Source: Candidatus Omnitrophota bacterium
GTDB lineage: Bacteria > Omnitrophota > Gorgyraeia > 2-01-FULL-45-10
Direction: 5' to 3'
DNA: 32,000 bases
NCBI GenBank assembly: GCA_023818895.1
Contig: JAMWCX010000001.1
Span: forward strand, 479,789-511,788
The position numbers and the translations under genes were made by a program. The notes under the pieces were generated by a model, which saw only the letters and a list, made by a program, of their open reading frames with translations, had not been told where the DNA came from and made no database searches. This document shows positions 1 to 8,475 of this stretch, one piece after another. Position 1 is the stretch's first letter, and each line of letters begins with the position of its first letter.

Positions 1-497
1 ATTACGTCAACAACATATAAAGCTTGTGTCTTTCTCACTATCTCGCCTATTGCCTTTATATCATAGACCGTGGCCGTGGACGTCTCGCACAACGTGGTAT
101 AGACACCTTTCACATCTGGGTTCTTCTTTAAGATGCCCTCTATGTCCGCCGGACAGGGAGCGCTGCCCCATGGAATATCGAGCGCTATCACCTCAATACC
201 ATAGGCCTTAGCTATCTCGCCAAATCTCTCGCCAAATTTTCCGCCGCGCACGACGACTATCTTGTCGCCAGGCGAGCAGACATTTACCACCGAAGCCTCC
301 ATCGCTCCCGTGCCGCTTGAGGTAAACGTAAAGACATCGCCGCTCGTCTTGAATATCTTCTTGAGACCATCCGTCACTTCCTTGAATATCGCCTGATATT
401 CCTTGGTCCTGTGATGTATTATCGGCTTGGACATTTCTATTCGGATCTCTTCAGGAACCGGCGTCGGCCCTGGTGTCATCAGATAGTTTTTTGTCAT
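1..497 (-). CDS. Class V PLP-dependent aminotransferase (serine-pyruvate / alanine-glyoxylate aminotransferase type), N-terminal part; the 3' end runs off the window
   Basis: This gene is absent from the ORF track because it is truncated by the window edge. My translation from ATG 497-495 is MTKNYLMTPGPTPVPEEIRIEMSKPIIHHRTKEYQAIFKEVTDGLKKIFKTSGDVFTFTSSGTGAMEASVVNVCSPGDKIVVVRGGKFGERFGEIAKAYGIEV... This is the typical LMxPGPxxVP ... HRxxE(Y/F) ... (S/T)GTGAMEA N-terminus of this family. An AGGAGAG RBS lies 5 nt upstream of the ATG. Confidence 0.8.
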   Translation of the reverse strand, partial: MTKNYLMTPGPTPVPEEIRIEMSKPIIHHRTKEYQAIFKEVTDGLKKIFKTSGDVFTFTSSGTGAMEASVVNVCSPGDKIVVVRGGKFGERFGEIAKAYGIEVIALDIPWGSAPCPADIEGILKKNPDVKGVYTTLCETSTATVYDIKAIGEIVRKTQALYVVDV

Positions 498-515
498 TTA
501 GTCTCTCCTGCGGTT

Positions 516-1109
516 TTATTTTTTCTTCATATTTTCCACCACTTCATCTACAAGGCCGTATGCTTTTGCCTCCTCGGCCGACATATAGTAATCCCTGTCC
601 GTATCTTTCCTTATCTTTTCGATTGGTTGCTTCGTGTGCTTGGCTAATATTTCTTCTATCCTGGCGCGAAGCCTCAATATCTCCTGCGCTTGAATACTGA
701 TATCGGATGCCTGCCCCTGCACTCCTCCCCATGGCTGGTGTATCATTATCCTCGCATGAGGAAGGGCATAGCGCTTTCCTGGCGTGCCAGCCGCAAGAAG
801 AACGGCCCCCATGCTGGAAGCCTGACCTACACAATAAGTATTAACGTCGGGCTTAACGAATTGTATTGTATCATATATCGCAAGCCCACTGGTTACCGAC
901 CCGCCGGGCGTATTTATGTAAACATTAATATCCTTGTCCTGGTCTTCCATTTGGAGGAACAAAAGTTGGGCTATTATAAGGTTTGATACGGTATCGTCTA
1001 TAGCTGTTCCTATAAATACTATCCTATCCTTTAATAATCTCGAATAGATATCATAAGCCCTCTCCGCCCTGCCGGTCGTCTCTATCACCATGGGCACCAA
1101 TATACTCAT
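516..1109 (-). CDS. clpP: ATP-dependent Clp protease proteolytic subunit ClpP
   Basis: 197 aa. It shows the N-terminal motif [19 protein letters not shown], the catalytic Ser context GQASSMGA and the His context MIHQP. An AGGAGG RBS lies 4 nt upstream of ATG 1109. Confidence 0.97.
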   Translation of the reverse strand: MSILVPMVIETTGRAERAYDIYSRLLKDRIVFIGTAIDDTVSNLIIAQLLFLQMEDQDKDINVYINTPGGSVTSGLAIYDTIQFVKPDVNTYCVGQASSMGAVLLAAGTPGKRYALPHARIMIHQPWGGVQGQASDISIQAQEILRLRARIEEILAKHTKQPIEKIRKDTDRDYYMSAEEAKAYGLVDEVVENMKKK

Positions 1110-1162
1110 GCGAACCTCCTACTTTAAATTGAAAAAATAACCACAGATAACGTTAATGTATT

Positions 1163-1199
1163 GCCCGACTGACCGGAACTTAAAAACGGCCAGACGGGC
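1163..1199 (-). other. Intercistronic stem-loop between tig and clpP (possible attenuator or mRNA-processing/stability element)
   Basis: On the minus-strand RNA, GCCCGUCUGGCCG - 11-nt loop - CGGUCAGUCGGGC forms a 13-position stem with one U-U mismatch and one G-U pair. No U-tract follows it, so it is not a canonical terminator. Confidence 0.3.
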
Positions 1200-1245
1200 T
1201 GCTTCCATAGCCTATATATAAAGCTATGCTCATCGAGATACCATC

Positions 1246-2523
1246 TTATTCTTTTTCGGAGATCTTAGCATTATCCAGGAGGAAGCGTATCGTCTTTCCC
1301 TCACGTATCTTTTCCGCAAGGTTATCGACAAGTTCCTGGCTTTCATAATAGGCTCGAACCTCTTCCTCCTTCTTTCCATTCTGCGCCGCTATCGCCCTGT
1401 AGGCATTGTTCAGGTCTTCTTCGTCGGCTTTGATATGTTCGCGAGTAGCTATCTCATCTAGTATGAAGAGAAGCCTGACCTGCCGAACGGCGTCATTCTT
1501 GAAGCGCTCTTTGAATTCGGCATCTCTTTTATCAAGGTCTTCCTTTTTAAATCCCTTTTCTATAAGCCGCCTCTTGGCATCCTCTACCATGTAATCAAGC
1601 TGCCTGGTAACAAAAGCGGAAGGAACGCTGAACACATTGTCGTCCATAAGTTTGTTCAAAAGACTATTTTCCAGCTCGATATCCGCGTTGGCCTTCGCGT
1701 GAGACTCCATCTCGCTGGCGATTTCTTTCCGCAGCTCGTCAAGGTTTGCCTTGCCCATCTCTTTAGCAAAGTCATCGTTCAGGTCTGAAAGCTTCCGCTC
1801 CTTTATCTCTTTTATAAGGACATGGTATGTGGCGCGCTTTCCGGCGAAGGCCTTATCCGGATATTTTTCAGGCAACGTCACCTCGATGTCCTTCTCTTCG
1901 CCCTTCTTCATTCCTACCATATTTTCCGAAAGGCCCACCACAAAGGAATCTTTGTCGATAGCGACCCATAAGTTTTCTCTTTTCTTGTGGATTGGCTTGC
2001 CGTCAACGAAACATTCCAAGTCACCCACCACATAATCGCCCATCTTGACCGCCCTATCGTCAATGGATATGTACTTCGCGTTAAGCTCCCTGAGATTCTG
2101 CAGCATCTTATCAATATCAGCGTCTGAGATAGAAACTTTCTTCTTCTCGAGAGCCAGCCCCTTATACTCCTTCAGCTTAAATTTGGGGCGAGTATCGACT
2201 CTTGCCTTGAAAGTAAGCGGCTTATCTTCTTCGAATATCACATCGCTTATCTCGGGCAACGACACAGGATGTATATCGTGTTCCTGTAAAGCCCTCCTGT
2301 AGGCCTGCGGAATAAGCCGCTTGAGAACCTCCTGTCTCGCATCTTTGGCATAATGGAGTCTGACCATCTCGATGGGCGCCTTGCCGACTCGGAAACCCGG
2401 TATGCTGGCAGCCTTGGCTATGTCGTTATAAACTTCATCGAATACGCGCGCTATCGCCTCTTTTGAGACCTCTATCTCAAAAAGGGTCGAGCACTCTTCA
2501 AGCGATTTCGCTTTTGATTTCAC
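1246..2523 (-). CDS. tig: Trigger factor (ribosome-associated chaperone / PPIase)
   Basis: 425 aa. The N-terminal ribosome-binding region carries the GFRxGKxP signature (IPGFRVGKAPIEMV), followed by a central FKBP-like segment and a C-terminal helical arm. It sits in the classical tig-clpP arrangement. The start is GTG, preceded by GGAGGAAAGAAGG. Confidence 0.95.
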   Translation of the reverse strand: MKSKAKSLEECSTLFEIEVSKEAIARVFDEVYNDIAKAASIPGFRVGKAPIEMVRLHYAKDARQEVLKRLIPQAYRRALQEHDIHPVSLPEISDVIFEEDKPLTFKARVDTRPKFKLKEYKGLALEKKKVSISDADIDKMLQNLRELNAKYISIDDRAVKMGDYVVGDLECFVDGKPIHKKRENLWVAIDKDSFVVGLSENMVGMKKGEEKDIEVTLPEKYPDKAFAGKRATYHVLIKEIKERKLSDLNDDFAKEMGKANLDELRKEIASEMESHAKANADIELENSLLNKLMDDNVFSVPSAFVTRQLDYMVEDAKRRLIEKGFKKEDLDKRDAEFKERFKNDAVRQVRLLFILDEIATREHIKADEEDLNNAYRAIAAQNGKKEEEVRAYYESQELVDNLAEKIREGKTIRFLLDNAKISEKE

Positions 2524-2604
2524 CTTTCACCTTCTTTCCTCCGCGCTCCATAAATATTGAAACGATTTCAATACGAAGGCACCTGGCCAAATTTTGAAGA
2601 AAGC

Positions 2605-2633
2605 ATTATATCATAAAGAGACTACATTGTAAA
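2605..2633 (-). promoter_or_regulatory. Sigma70-type promoter for tig(-clpP)
   Basis: The minus strand reads TTTACA (2633-2628), a 17-nt spacer, then TATAAT (2610-2605). The -35 box overlaps the last codons of lptB. The predicted leader to the GTG at 2523 is about 75 nt. Confidence 0.5.
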
Positions 2634-3344
2634 TTTTTCGCCCAGGTATATCTCCCTGGCCCTGGGATCGGAAATAAGATCTTCCTTTGTGCCCGAAATA
2701 AGTATATTTCCTTCGGCCATGAGATAAGAACGATCTGTTATAGTGAGCGTCTCTCTCACATTGTGGTCGGTAACGAGTATGCCGAGCCCTTTGGCTTTGA
2801 GCTCTTTTATTATCTCTTGACATTCCGCTACCGCTATGGGATCTATTCCGCTAAAAGGTTCGTCAAGAAGTATGAACATCGGATTGGTCACAAGCGCCCT
2901 TGTGATCTCCACTCGCCTCTTCTCCCCTCCGGACAAGGTATAGGCCTTATTGTCTCTCAGGTGCGCTATCTTCAACTCATTAAGCAGCTCATCACACCTC
3001 CGAGCCCTTTCCCGCGGAGAAAAACCCAAAGTTTCCAGAACGGCCATTATATTTTCACCGACTGTAAGCTTCCTGAATATCGAGGGTTCCTGAGAAAGAT
3101 ATCCTATACCGCACCTTGCCCGCATATGAAGCGGCATCTTCGTTATGTCCTGTCTGTCGAATATTATTCTGCCTTCATCGGGAGGTATGATTCCTGTGAT
3201 CATATAAAAAGTGGTCGTCTTCCCAGCGCCGTTAGGCCCCAAAAGCCCTACGACCTCGCCTCGCTTAACGTTGATATTTACGGAATTAACGACACAGCGG
3301 CCGCCGTATTCCTTGACGAGGCCTATGGTCTCTAAAAGGTGCAT
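2622..3344 (-). CDS. lptB: LPS export ABC transporter ATP-binding protein LptB
   Basis: 240 aa. It has Walker A GPNGAGKTT, the signature LSGGEKRRVEI and Walker B ILLDEPFSGIDP. LptB-typical strings are also present: GIGYLSQEPSIFRKLTV, VTDHNVRETL and C-terminal YLGEKF. Its ATG directly abuts the stop of the upstream LptC/A-like gene (TAGATG). Confidence 0.93.
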   Translation of the reverse strand: MHLLETIGLVKEYGGRCVVNSVNINVKRGEVVGLLGPNGAGKTTTFYMITGIIPPDEGRIIFDRQDITKMPLHMRARCGIGYLSQEPSIFRKLTVGENIMAVLETLGFSPRERARRCDELLNELKIAHLRDNKAYTLSGGEKRRVEITRALVTNPMFILLDEPFSGIDPIAVAECQEIIKELKAKGLGILVTDHNVRETLTITDRSYLMAEGNILISGTKEDLISDPRAREIYLGEKFTM

Positions 3345-4139
3345 CTATCTTTTCCCTTCTCCGAGAAAATCGGCGCCGAAACCGGTGCCGCCTTCCTGGT
3401 ATATAACAAGCTTGGGTTTCCCGCTTAAGGTTATTTTCTTTTCTTTTTCCGAATAGCTCGCCTTATCGCTGTAGGTAATATTTTCGCCGCGAGTTATCTT
3501 GACATTGCCCTCGGCGACTATCTCCTTGAGCTGTCTTGTATCAGGATCCAAATATACGGTTATCTTGTCAGCGTCTATATCGCCGTCCTCGCTGACGACT
3601 TTGACATTCTGAAGAAAGTACGCCTGGTTCTTTTCGTAATCGAACTGAACCTCGCCGTCGCAGGTTATGACTGTCTTTGTCTTCTTGGATTTCCCATCGC
3701 TCTTGGAGCTCTTATCTTTAGGCGCCGTTCCGACATCTATAAAGCTTCCTGTAAAATTCGGTGTTGACTCTATTGTCGCCTTCACGTTCTTCTCAAGGCG
3801 CACATTATTTTTGGCGCGGTCGTAGACGCCCTGGTCCGCCGTTATAACGGCTTCCGCTTCCTCGCCGTAGGCCTTGGCTACTATATTATCAAGTCTTATC
3901 TCATTTTCGGAAATCGCCTCCGCAGTCTCGCCCCTCACATCCCATTTCTTCGAGCCTTTCTCGTTTAAGCCCTCAAGATTGAACGAAAGCACCTTGTGAG
4001 CTACCGGATCGCTTGTGGCTTGCGGAGCGGTCTCCTGGGCCTTTTTCTGCTGCTTTGGCGGCTCTTTTCTCGCGCAGGATGCGGTAAAAAGCAACGTAAC
4101 TAAGGGCACTATCAGTGCATAACGTCCGAGTTTGTTCAC
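3345..4139 (-). CDS. OstA/LptA-family protein with an LptC-like N-terminal half and an LptA-like C-terminal half; predicted lipoprotein
   Basis: The ORF track gives 3345-4235. I prefer the GTG start at 4139, which forms a GTGA overlap with the stop of the upstream acyltransferase gene. That start yields MNKLGRYALIVPLVTLLFTASC, a signal peptide with a lipobox-like TASC. The N-terminal half (FNLEGLNEKGSKKWDVRGETAEA...ITADQGVYDRAKNNVRLEKNV) is LptC-like. The C-terminal half (ITCDGEVQFDYEKNQAYFLQNVKVV...ADKITVYLD...EIVAEGNVKI...SDKASYSEKEKKITLSGKPKL) is LptA/OstA_N-like. The gene lies immediately upstream of lptB. Confidence 0.75.
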   Translation of the reverse strand: MNKLGRYALIVPLVTLLFTASCARKEPPKQQKKAQETAPQATSDPVAHKVLSFNLEGLNEKGSKKWDVRGETAEAISENEIRLDNIVAKAYGEEAEAVITADQGVYDRAKNNVRLEKNVKATIESTPNFTGSFIDVGTAPKDKSSKSDGKSKKTKTVITCDGEVQFDYEKNQAYFLQNVKVVSEDGDIDADKITVYLDPDTRQLKEIVAEGNVKITRGENITYSDKASYSEKEKKITLSGKPKLVIYQEGGTGFGADFLGEGKR

Positions 4140-5038
4140 ATCGTCTCCTTTGATGGTTTTGTTTTCCATCTGCGGTGCAGCCAGACCCACTGATCCGGAT
4201 ACCGCCTTACATAACTCTCGACCACATCGGACCACTTCTGAGTATTGGTGACCATATCGGCCTGCCTGTCTGCGGTGTCTACAAGTTCAATAGGTTTTTC
4301 AATGAAAAACTCATGCCGGCGCCCCTGTCTGACAAGAAACGCTGGTATCAGCGCCGCCCCGCTCGCCTTGGCAAGGGCTACTGGTCCCACCGGCGTATAG
4401 GCGGGCTGGCCGAAGAAATTGACAAAGACGCCTTCGACCGAATCTACATCCTGGTCAGCCAGTATGCCTAGTATCCTGTTAGCCCGAAGTATCTTCAAAA
4501 ATGCGCGGGGCGACTGGTCGCGGTCCAGGACGTTTACATCGTGAATCCGGCGTAAGCTGTTGAGATATTTATCGTACTTTTCAAAATATATCTTTCTGCC
4601 TATAGCCACTCCCGAATATCCCTTGAGTCTAAGAGTCAGCGCAAGCAGCTCCCAGTTACCTAAATGGGCGGTCAGCGTAATTACGCCCTTACCCGCTGCC
4701 AAAGCCGCGTCGATTATCTCTAAATTTCTTATGTGAACAAACCTATCAATATTTGATTCGTTTATCTTTGGAAAATTTATAAGCTCTGCTGCCGTCTTGC
4801 CCAGATGCTCAAATACTGCCAAGGCGATCTTCCGTATCTCGGCATCGCTCTTTTCGCCTCCGAAAGCCATCTTCAAGTTATCTATCGTTATCTGCCTGTA
4901 CTTACCAAGAAGAAGGAACGCCATCCTGCCACAGAGAGCCGCTATACGAAGGCTTACGCGCATCGGAAGGATATAAAATAAAAAGGCCACGCACCGGCCA
5001 AGATAGTATAGGTAGTACCTCCTGTATTTAAATTTCAT
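4136..5038 (-). CDS. Lysophospholipid/lipid A late acyltransferase family protein (LpxL/HtrB-like)
   Basis: It has an N-terminal membrane anchor (YYLYYLGRCVAFLFYILP) and the family HX4(D/E) box in LTAHLGNWELL, and downstream ILADQD. I place the start at ATG 5038 (MKFKYRRYY..., GGAAAG RBS) rather than the track start at 5113. A consensus promoter (5064-5092) and the gap terminator (5112-5143) occupy the extension. Confidence 0.8.
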   Translation of the reverse strand: MKFKYRRYYLYYLGRCVAFLFYILPMRVSLRIAALCGRMAFLLLGKYRQITIDNLKMAFGGEKSDAEIRKIALAVFEHLGKTAAELINFPKINESNIDRFVHIRNLEIIDAALAAGKGVITLTAHLGNWELLALTLRLKGYSGVAIGRKIYFEKYDKYLNSLRRIHDVNVLDRDQSPRAFLKILRANRILGILADQDVDSVEGVFVNFFGQPAYTPVGPVALAKASGAALIPAFLVRQGRRHEFFIEKPIELVDTADRQADMVTNTQKWSDVVESYVRRYPDQWVWLHRRWKTKPSKETM

Positions 5039-5063
5039 CAAACTTTCCGCAATTGTGTTAATT

Positions 5064-5092
5064 ACTATATTATAACGATGATGGTTTGTCAA
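5064..5092 (-). promoter_or_regulatory. Sigma70-type promoter for the lpxL-like / lptCA-like / lptB unit
   Basis: The minus strand reads TTGACA (5092-5087), a 17-nt spacer, then TATAGT (5069-5064). It lies just downstream of the gap terminator, about 26 nt upstream of ATG 5038. Confidence 0.5.
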
Positions 5093-5111
5093 GAAGGCAT
5101 TGCCGTAAAAC

Positions 5112-5143
5112 AAGTGGGGCCGGGTTAAATTCCGGCCCCACTT
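5112..5143 (-). terminator. Rho-independent terminator after gap
   Basis: A perfect 12-bp GC-rich stem (AAGUGGGGCCGG / CCGGCCCCACUU) with an 8-nt loop. On the minus strand it is followed by GUUUUAC. It lies 30 nt downstream of the gap stop codon. Confidence 0.7.
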
Positions 5144-5172
5144 AATCTCTCGCTTATAAGCTTATGATGTGA

Positions 5173-6270
<1,098 letters not shown>

Positions 6271-6337
6271 TTAGGAGCTACTATACAATATTCCGGAAAA
6301 TTTTTCCAGTATTTTTTCAGATAGGCAAGCTCGATAA

Positions 6338-7645
6338 TCACACCCTGCCGCGCAAGAAGATGAGGAAATCCGCAGGATTGACGACACCTAAAATATTGCC
6401 ATACTCGTCCTTAACGATTATGAGCTCGCCCTTGCGCGCTTCCACCTTTTCGAGGGCGGATTTAAGCGAAGTATGAGGACTGACCGTTATGAACTTACGT
6501 TGCATGACTTTTGCCACAGAAGAATCGAGCTCCTCGGCAAGCGCCTCTGGTATCCTGAAGACTACCTCTTTATCAATAGACCTGAGCTTATCCCTCACAA
6601 AGTCATAAAGCTGTGAGATTATTATCCTCTTGTAACTTATGGCTATGGGTATGAACGGTTTTCCTTCTATGAAATTAAGATGAGTCTCCAGGGTGGATTG
6701 GCCGCTTTCCTGGTCGACGGCCAGAAGATAGCGAAGAGAGCTGTCAGGAACTTCATCGGTCCTCCCTTCAGGGATGGCGGCAAGGTATGAGAGCTCATAT
6801 ACTTCCTTCTCACCGACATCTAAAAAAGGATAGTTTTCCTTTATATACATCGCCAATTCCCCATCCTGGTCGCGGTAATGGGTCACATATTTCTCAAGGG
6901 TATCTATCGCATCGGCCAGGAACACACCGAGCGCCACGTCGACATTATATAGAAGACCGCTGGCGACGATGGCGGCGTCGTCAGACTGGCCGGGTCCTAC
7001 ATGGTGGCGTATATACATATACTTTATATACTTCGAAGCGCTTCGCTTCACCTTCTTCTCATCGACAATGAGACCGCAGGAACGGTAGGCAGCGATCCTA
7101 TCTTCATGTTCGTTGTGCGCCAGCATCTCGCCGTCAAGGCCCATACCGTCCATCACCTTTGTGTTTACAAGGTAGCATTTACCATATCCTATATTTATAT
7201 TATAAATTTCCTGCGTCTTTTTTCTAATTTCGGGCTCGTCCCTCAGGCCGCCAAGATAAAGACCTTTAAGTATATCGTGATAGTTTACCGTTCTCTCCTT
7301 AAACTGCGGTATGCCGAGAAGCGGCCGGCCGCTGCGGGTAACAAGCTTCTCGCGCGGGTCATCCGCCAGGGCGCTGTCGACAAATTCCACTATCTCATCT
7401 ATCAGCTCCTGCCTTTTAGTCTTTACTACCTTTGGCGAGCGGCCGAGGGCGCTGACGATATCGTCTACGGTGGTGTTAACGTAGAATCTTTTATTGAAGG
7501 CGCCGGCGCCGTTGTGAGCCCTTCCCTCGATCGACTGCATGAAGACAAGATCCTCTATCCTCGGGATAGTATAAAGCCGTTCCGAGGTCTTCAGGTGATG
7601 AAAATCCTGTTGAATAAGCTCAGCTGGCGCTATCTTCTTGGGCAT
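6338..7645 (-). CDS. Hypothetical protein of 435 aa with a C-terminal CBS motif; N-terminal ~370 aa unrecognised
   Basis: This is a long, clean ORF on the same strand as its neighbours. The last ~60 aa (VMQRKFITVSPHTSLKSALEKVEARKGELIIVKDEYGNILGVVNPADFLIFL) read as a single CBS unit. I recognise no family for residues 1-370. It occupies the position directly downstream of pstB. Confidence 0.8.
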   Translation of the reverse strand: MPKKIAPAELIQQDFHHLKTSERLYTIPRIEDLVFMQSIEGRAHNGAGAFNKRFYVNTTVDDIVSALGRSPKVVKTKRQELIDEIVEFVDSALADDPREKLVTRSGRPLLGIPQFKERTVNYHDILKGLYLGGLRDEPEIRKKTQEIYNINIGYGKCYLVNTKVMDGMGLDGEMLAHNEHEDRIAAYRSCGLIVDEKKVKRSASKYIKYMYIRHHVGPGQSDDAAIVASGLLYNVDVALGVFLADAIDTLEKYVTHYRDQDGELAMYIKENYPFLDVGEKEVYELSYLAAIPEGRTDEVPDSSLRYLLAVDQESGQSTLETHLNFIEGKPFIPIAISYKRIIISQLYDFVRDKLRSIDKEVVFRIPEALAEELDSSVAKVMQRKFITVSPHTSLKSALEKVEARKGELIIVKDEYGNILGVVNPADFLIFLRGRV

Positions 7646-7655
7646 ACGAGGAGCG

Positions 7656-7683
7656 ATTATATCACATGCGTCTTTTTATACAA
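7656..7683 (-). promoter_or_regulatory. Candidate promoter placed so close to the CBS-gene ATG that the transcript would be (near-)leaderless
   Basis: The minus strand reads TTGTAT (7683-7678), a 16-nt spacer, then TATAAT (7661-7656). Only 10 nt (CGCTCCTCGT, no SD) separate the -10 box from ATG 7645. Confidence 0.3.
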
Positions 7684-7690
7684 GCACTAT

Positions 7691-8467
7691 CTACGCATCA
7701 GAACTTTCGATAAATTGACCGCTTATATACGCCCGCGCCTTAGGATCCTTGGGATTTTCAAAAAAATCCTCGACCGGGCCGTGTTCCACAAGATTTCCCA
7801 TATAGAGGAATATAATGTAGTCGGCAAGCCGTCTTGCCTGTCTTAGTATATGGGTTACAAGGACGATAGTATATCTATTTTTCAGATCAAGCAACTTGCG
7901 CTCTATACGTTCCGCCGATATCGGATCAAGGGCGGATGTTGGCTCATCGCCAAGTATCACCTCTGGCTCTACCGCGAGCCCACGCGCAAGACATAATCTT
8001 TGTTGTTGACCTATAGAAAGACGAGAGGCGGGTTTATGCAACCTGTCCTTTACCTCGTCCCAGAGTGTGGCCTCCTTAAGATAGTGTGACACAGCGTCAT
8101 CCAGCGCCTTCCTATCCTTGATTCCGTGAAGCCTCGGCCCGTAAGCGACATTTTCATATATGGACATCGGCAGGACCTGCGGCCGCTGGAACAATAATCC
8201 CATTTTTTTTCTTAGATGCGTAACCTCAACATTCGGATCGTTTATGTCTTCGCCGTCTACCAGAACCTGCCCCTTAATGCTAACCCCCTCCTGCAGCTCC
8301 AGAAGCCGGTTAAAAGATTTAAGCAGTGTTGTCTTGCCGCAACCGGATGGCCCTATTATAGCTGTTATCTTCTTATCTGGTATATCTATACTGATATCAT
8401 TAAGAACTTTCTGGGAACCGTATGAGACATTAAGATTTTTAACGCTTATATGAGTCCTGTAATACAT
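7691..8467 (-). CDS. pstB: Phosphate ABC transporter ATP-binding protein PstB
   Basis: 258 aa. It has Walker A GPSGCGKTT and the signature LSIGQQQRLCLARGLA. PstB-typical strings include LRKKMGLLFQRPQVLPMSIYENVAYGPRLHG and C-terminal YISGQF. A GAGGTG RBS is present. Confidence 0.95.
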   Translation of the reverse strand: MYYRTHISVKNLNVSYGSQKVLNDISIDIPDKKITAIIGPSGCGKTTLLKSFNRLLELQEGVSIKGQVLVDGEDINDPNVEVTHLRKKMGLLFQRPQVLPMSIYENVAYGPRLHGIKDRKALDDAVSHYLKEATLWDEVKDRLHKPASRLSIGQQQRLCLARGLAVEPEVILGDEPTSALDPISAERIERKLLDLKNRYTIVLVTHILRQARRLADYIIFLYMGNLVEHGPVEDFFENPKDPKARAYISGQFIESSDA

Positions 8468-8475
8468 ATATCACC

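Noticed and set aside
498-515. Absence of clpX after clpP (an aminotransferase follows instead) and absence of def between priA and fmt
   Set aside because: These are gene-order variations. They are not anomalies in themselves, and clpX and def may simply be encoded elsewhere. The window offers no evidence of loss or replacement.
4140-4235. Longest-ORF N-terminal extensions offered by the track: 4140-4235 (LptC/A-like), 5039-5113 (LpxL-like), 12652-12711 (porin), 24752-24847 (WaaE-like 1), 14278-14289 (fmt), 17116-17139 (udg), 11205-11210 (pstS) and 22893-22898 (GT2)
   Set aside because: Internal starts are better supported in each case by SD sequences at proper spacing, by signal peptides starting right after the internal start, or by 4-nt stop-start coupling. 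In the LpxL-like case a promoter and a terminator occupy the extension. Several track starts are TTG/GTG codons chosen only for maximal length.
7001-7846. 281-aa plus-strand ORF, the longest plus-strand ORF in the window
   Set aside because: It lies entirely antisense to the CBS-protein gene and the pstB 3' end. Its sequence is low-complexity and rich in Ile/Leu/Tyr/Arg, as expected for a shadow frame of a well-supported gene. It has no RBS, no recognisable domain, and it crosses an intergenic spacer without regard to it.
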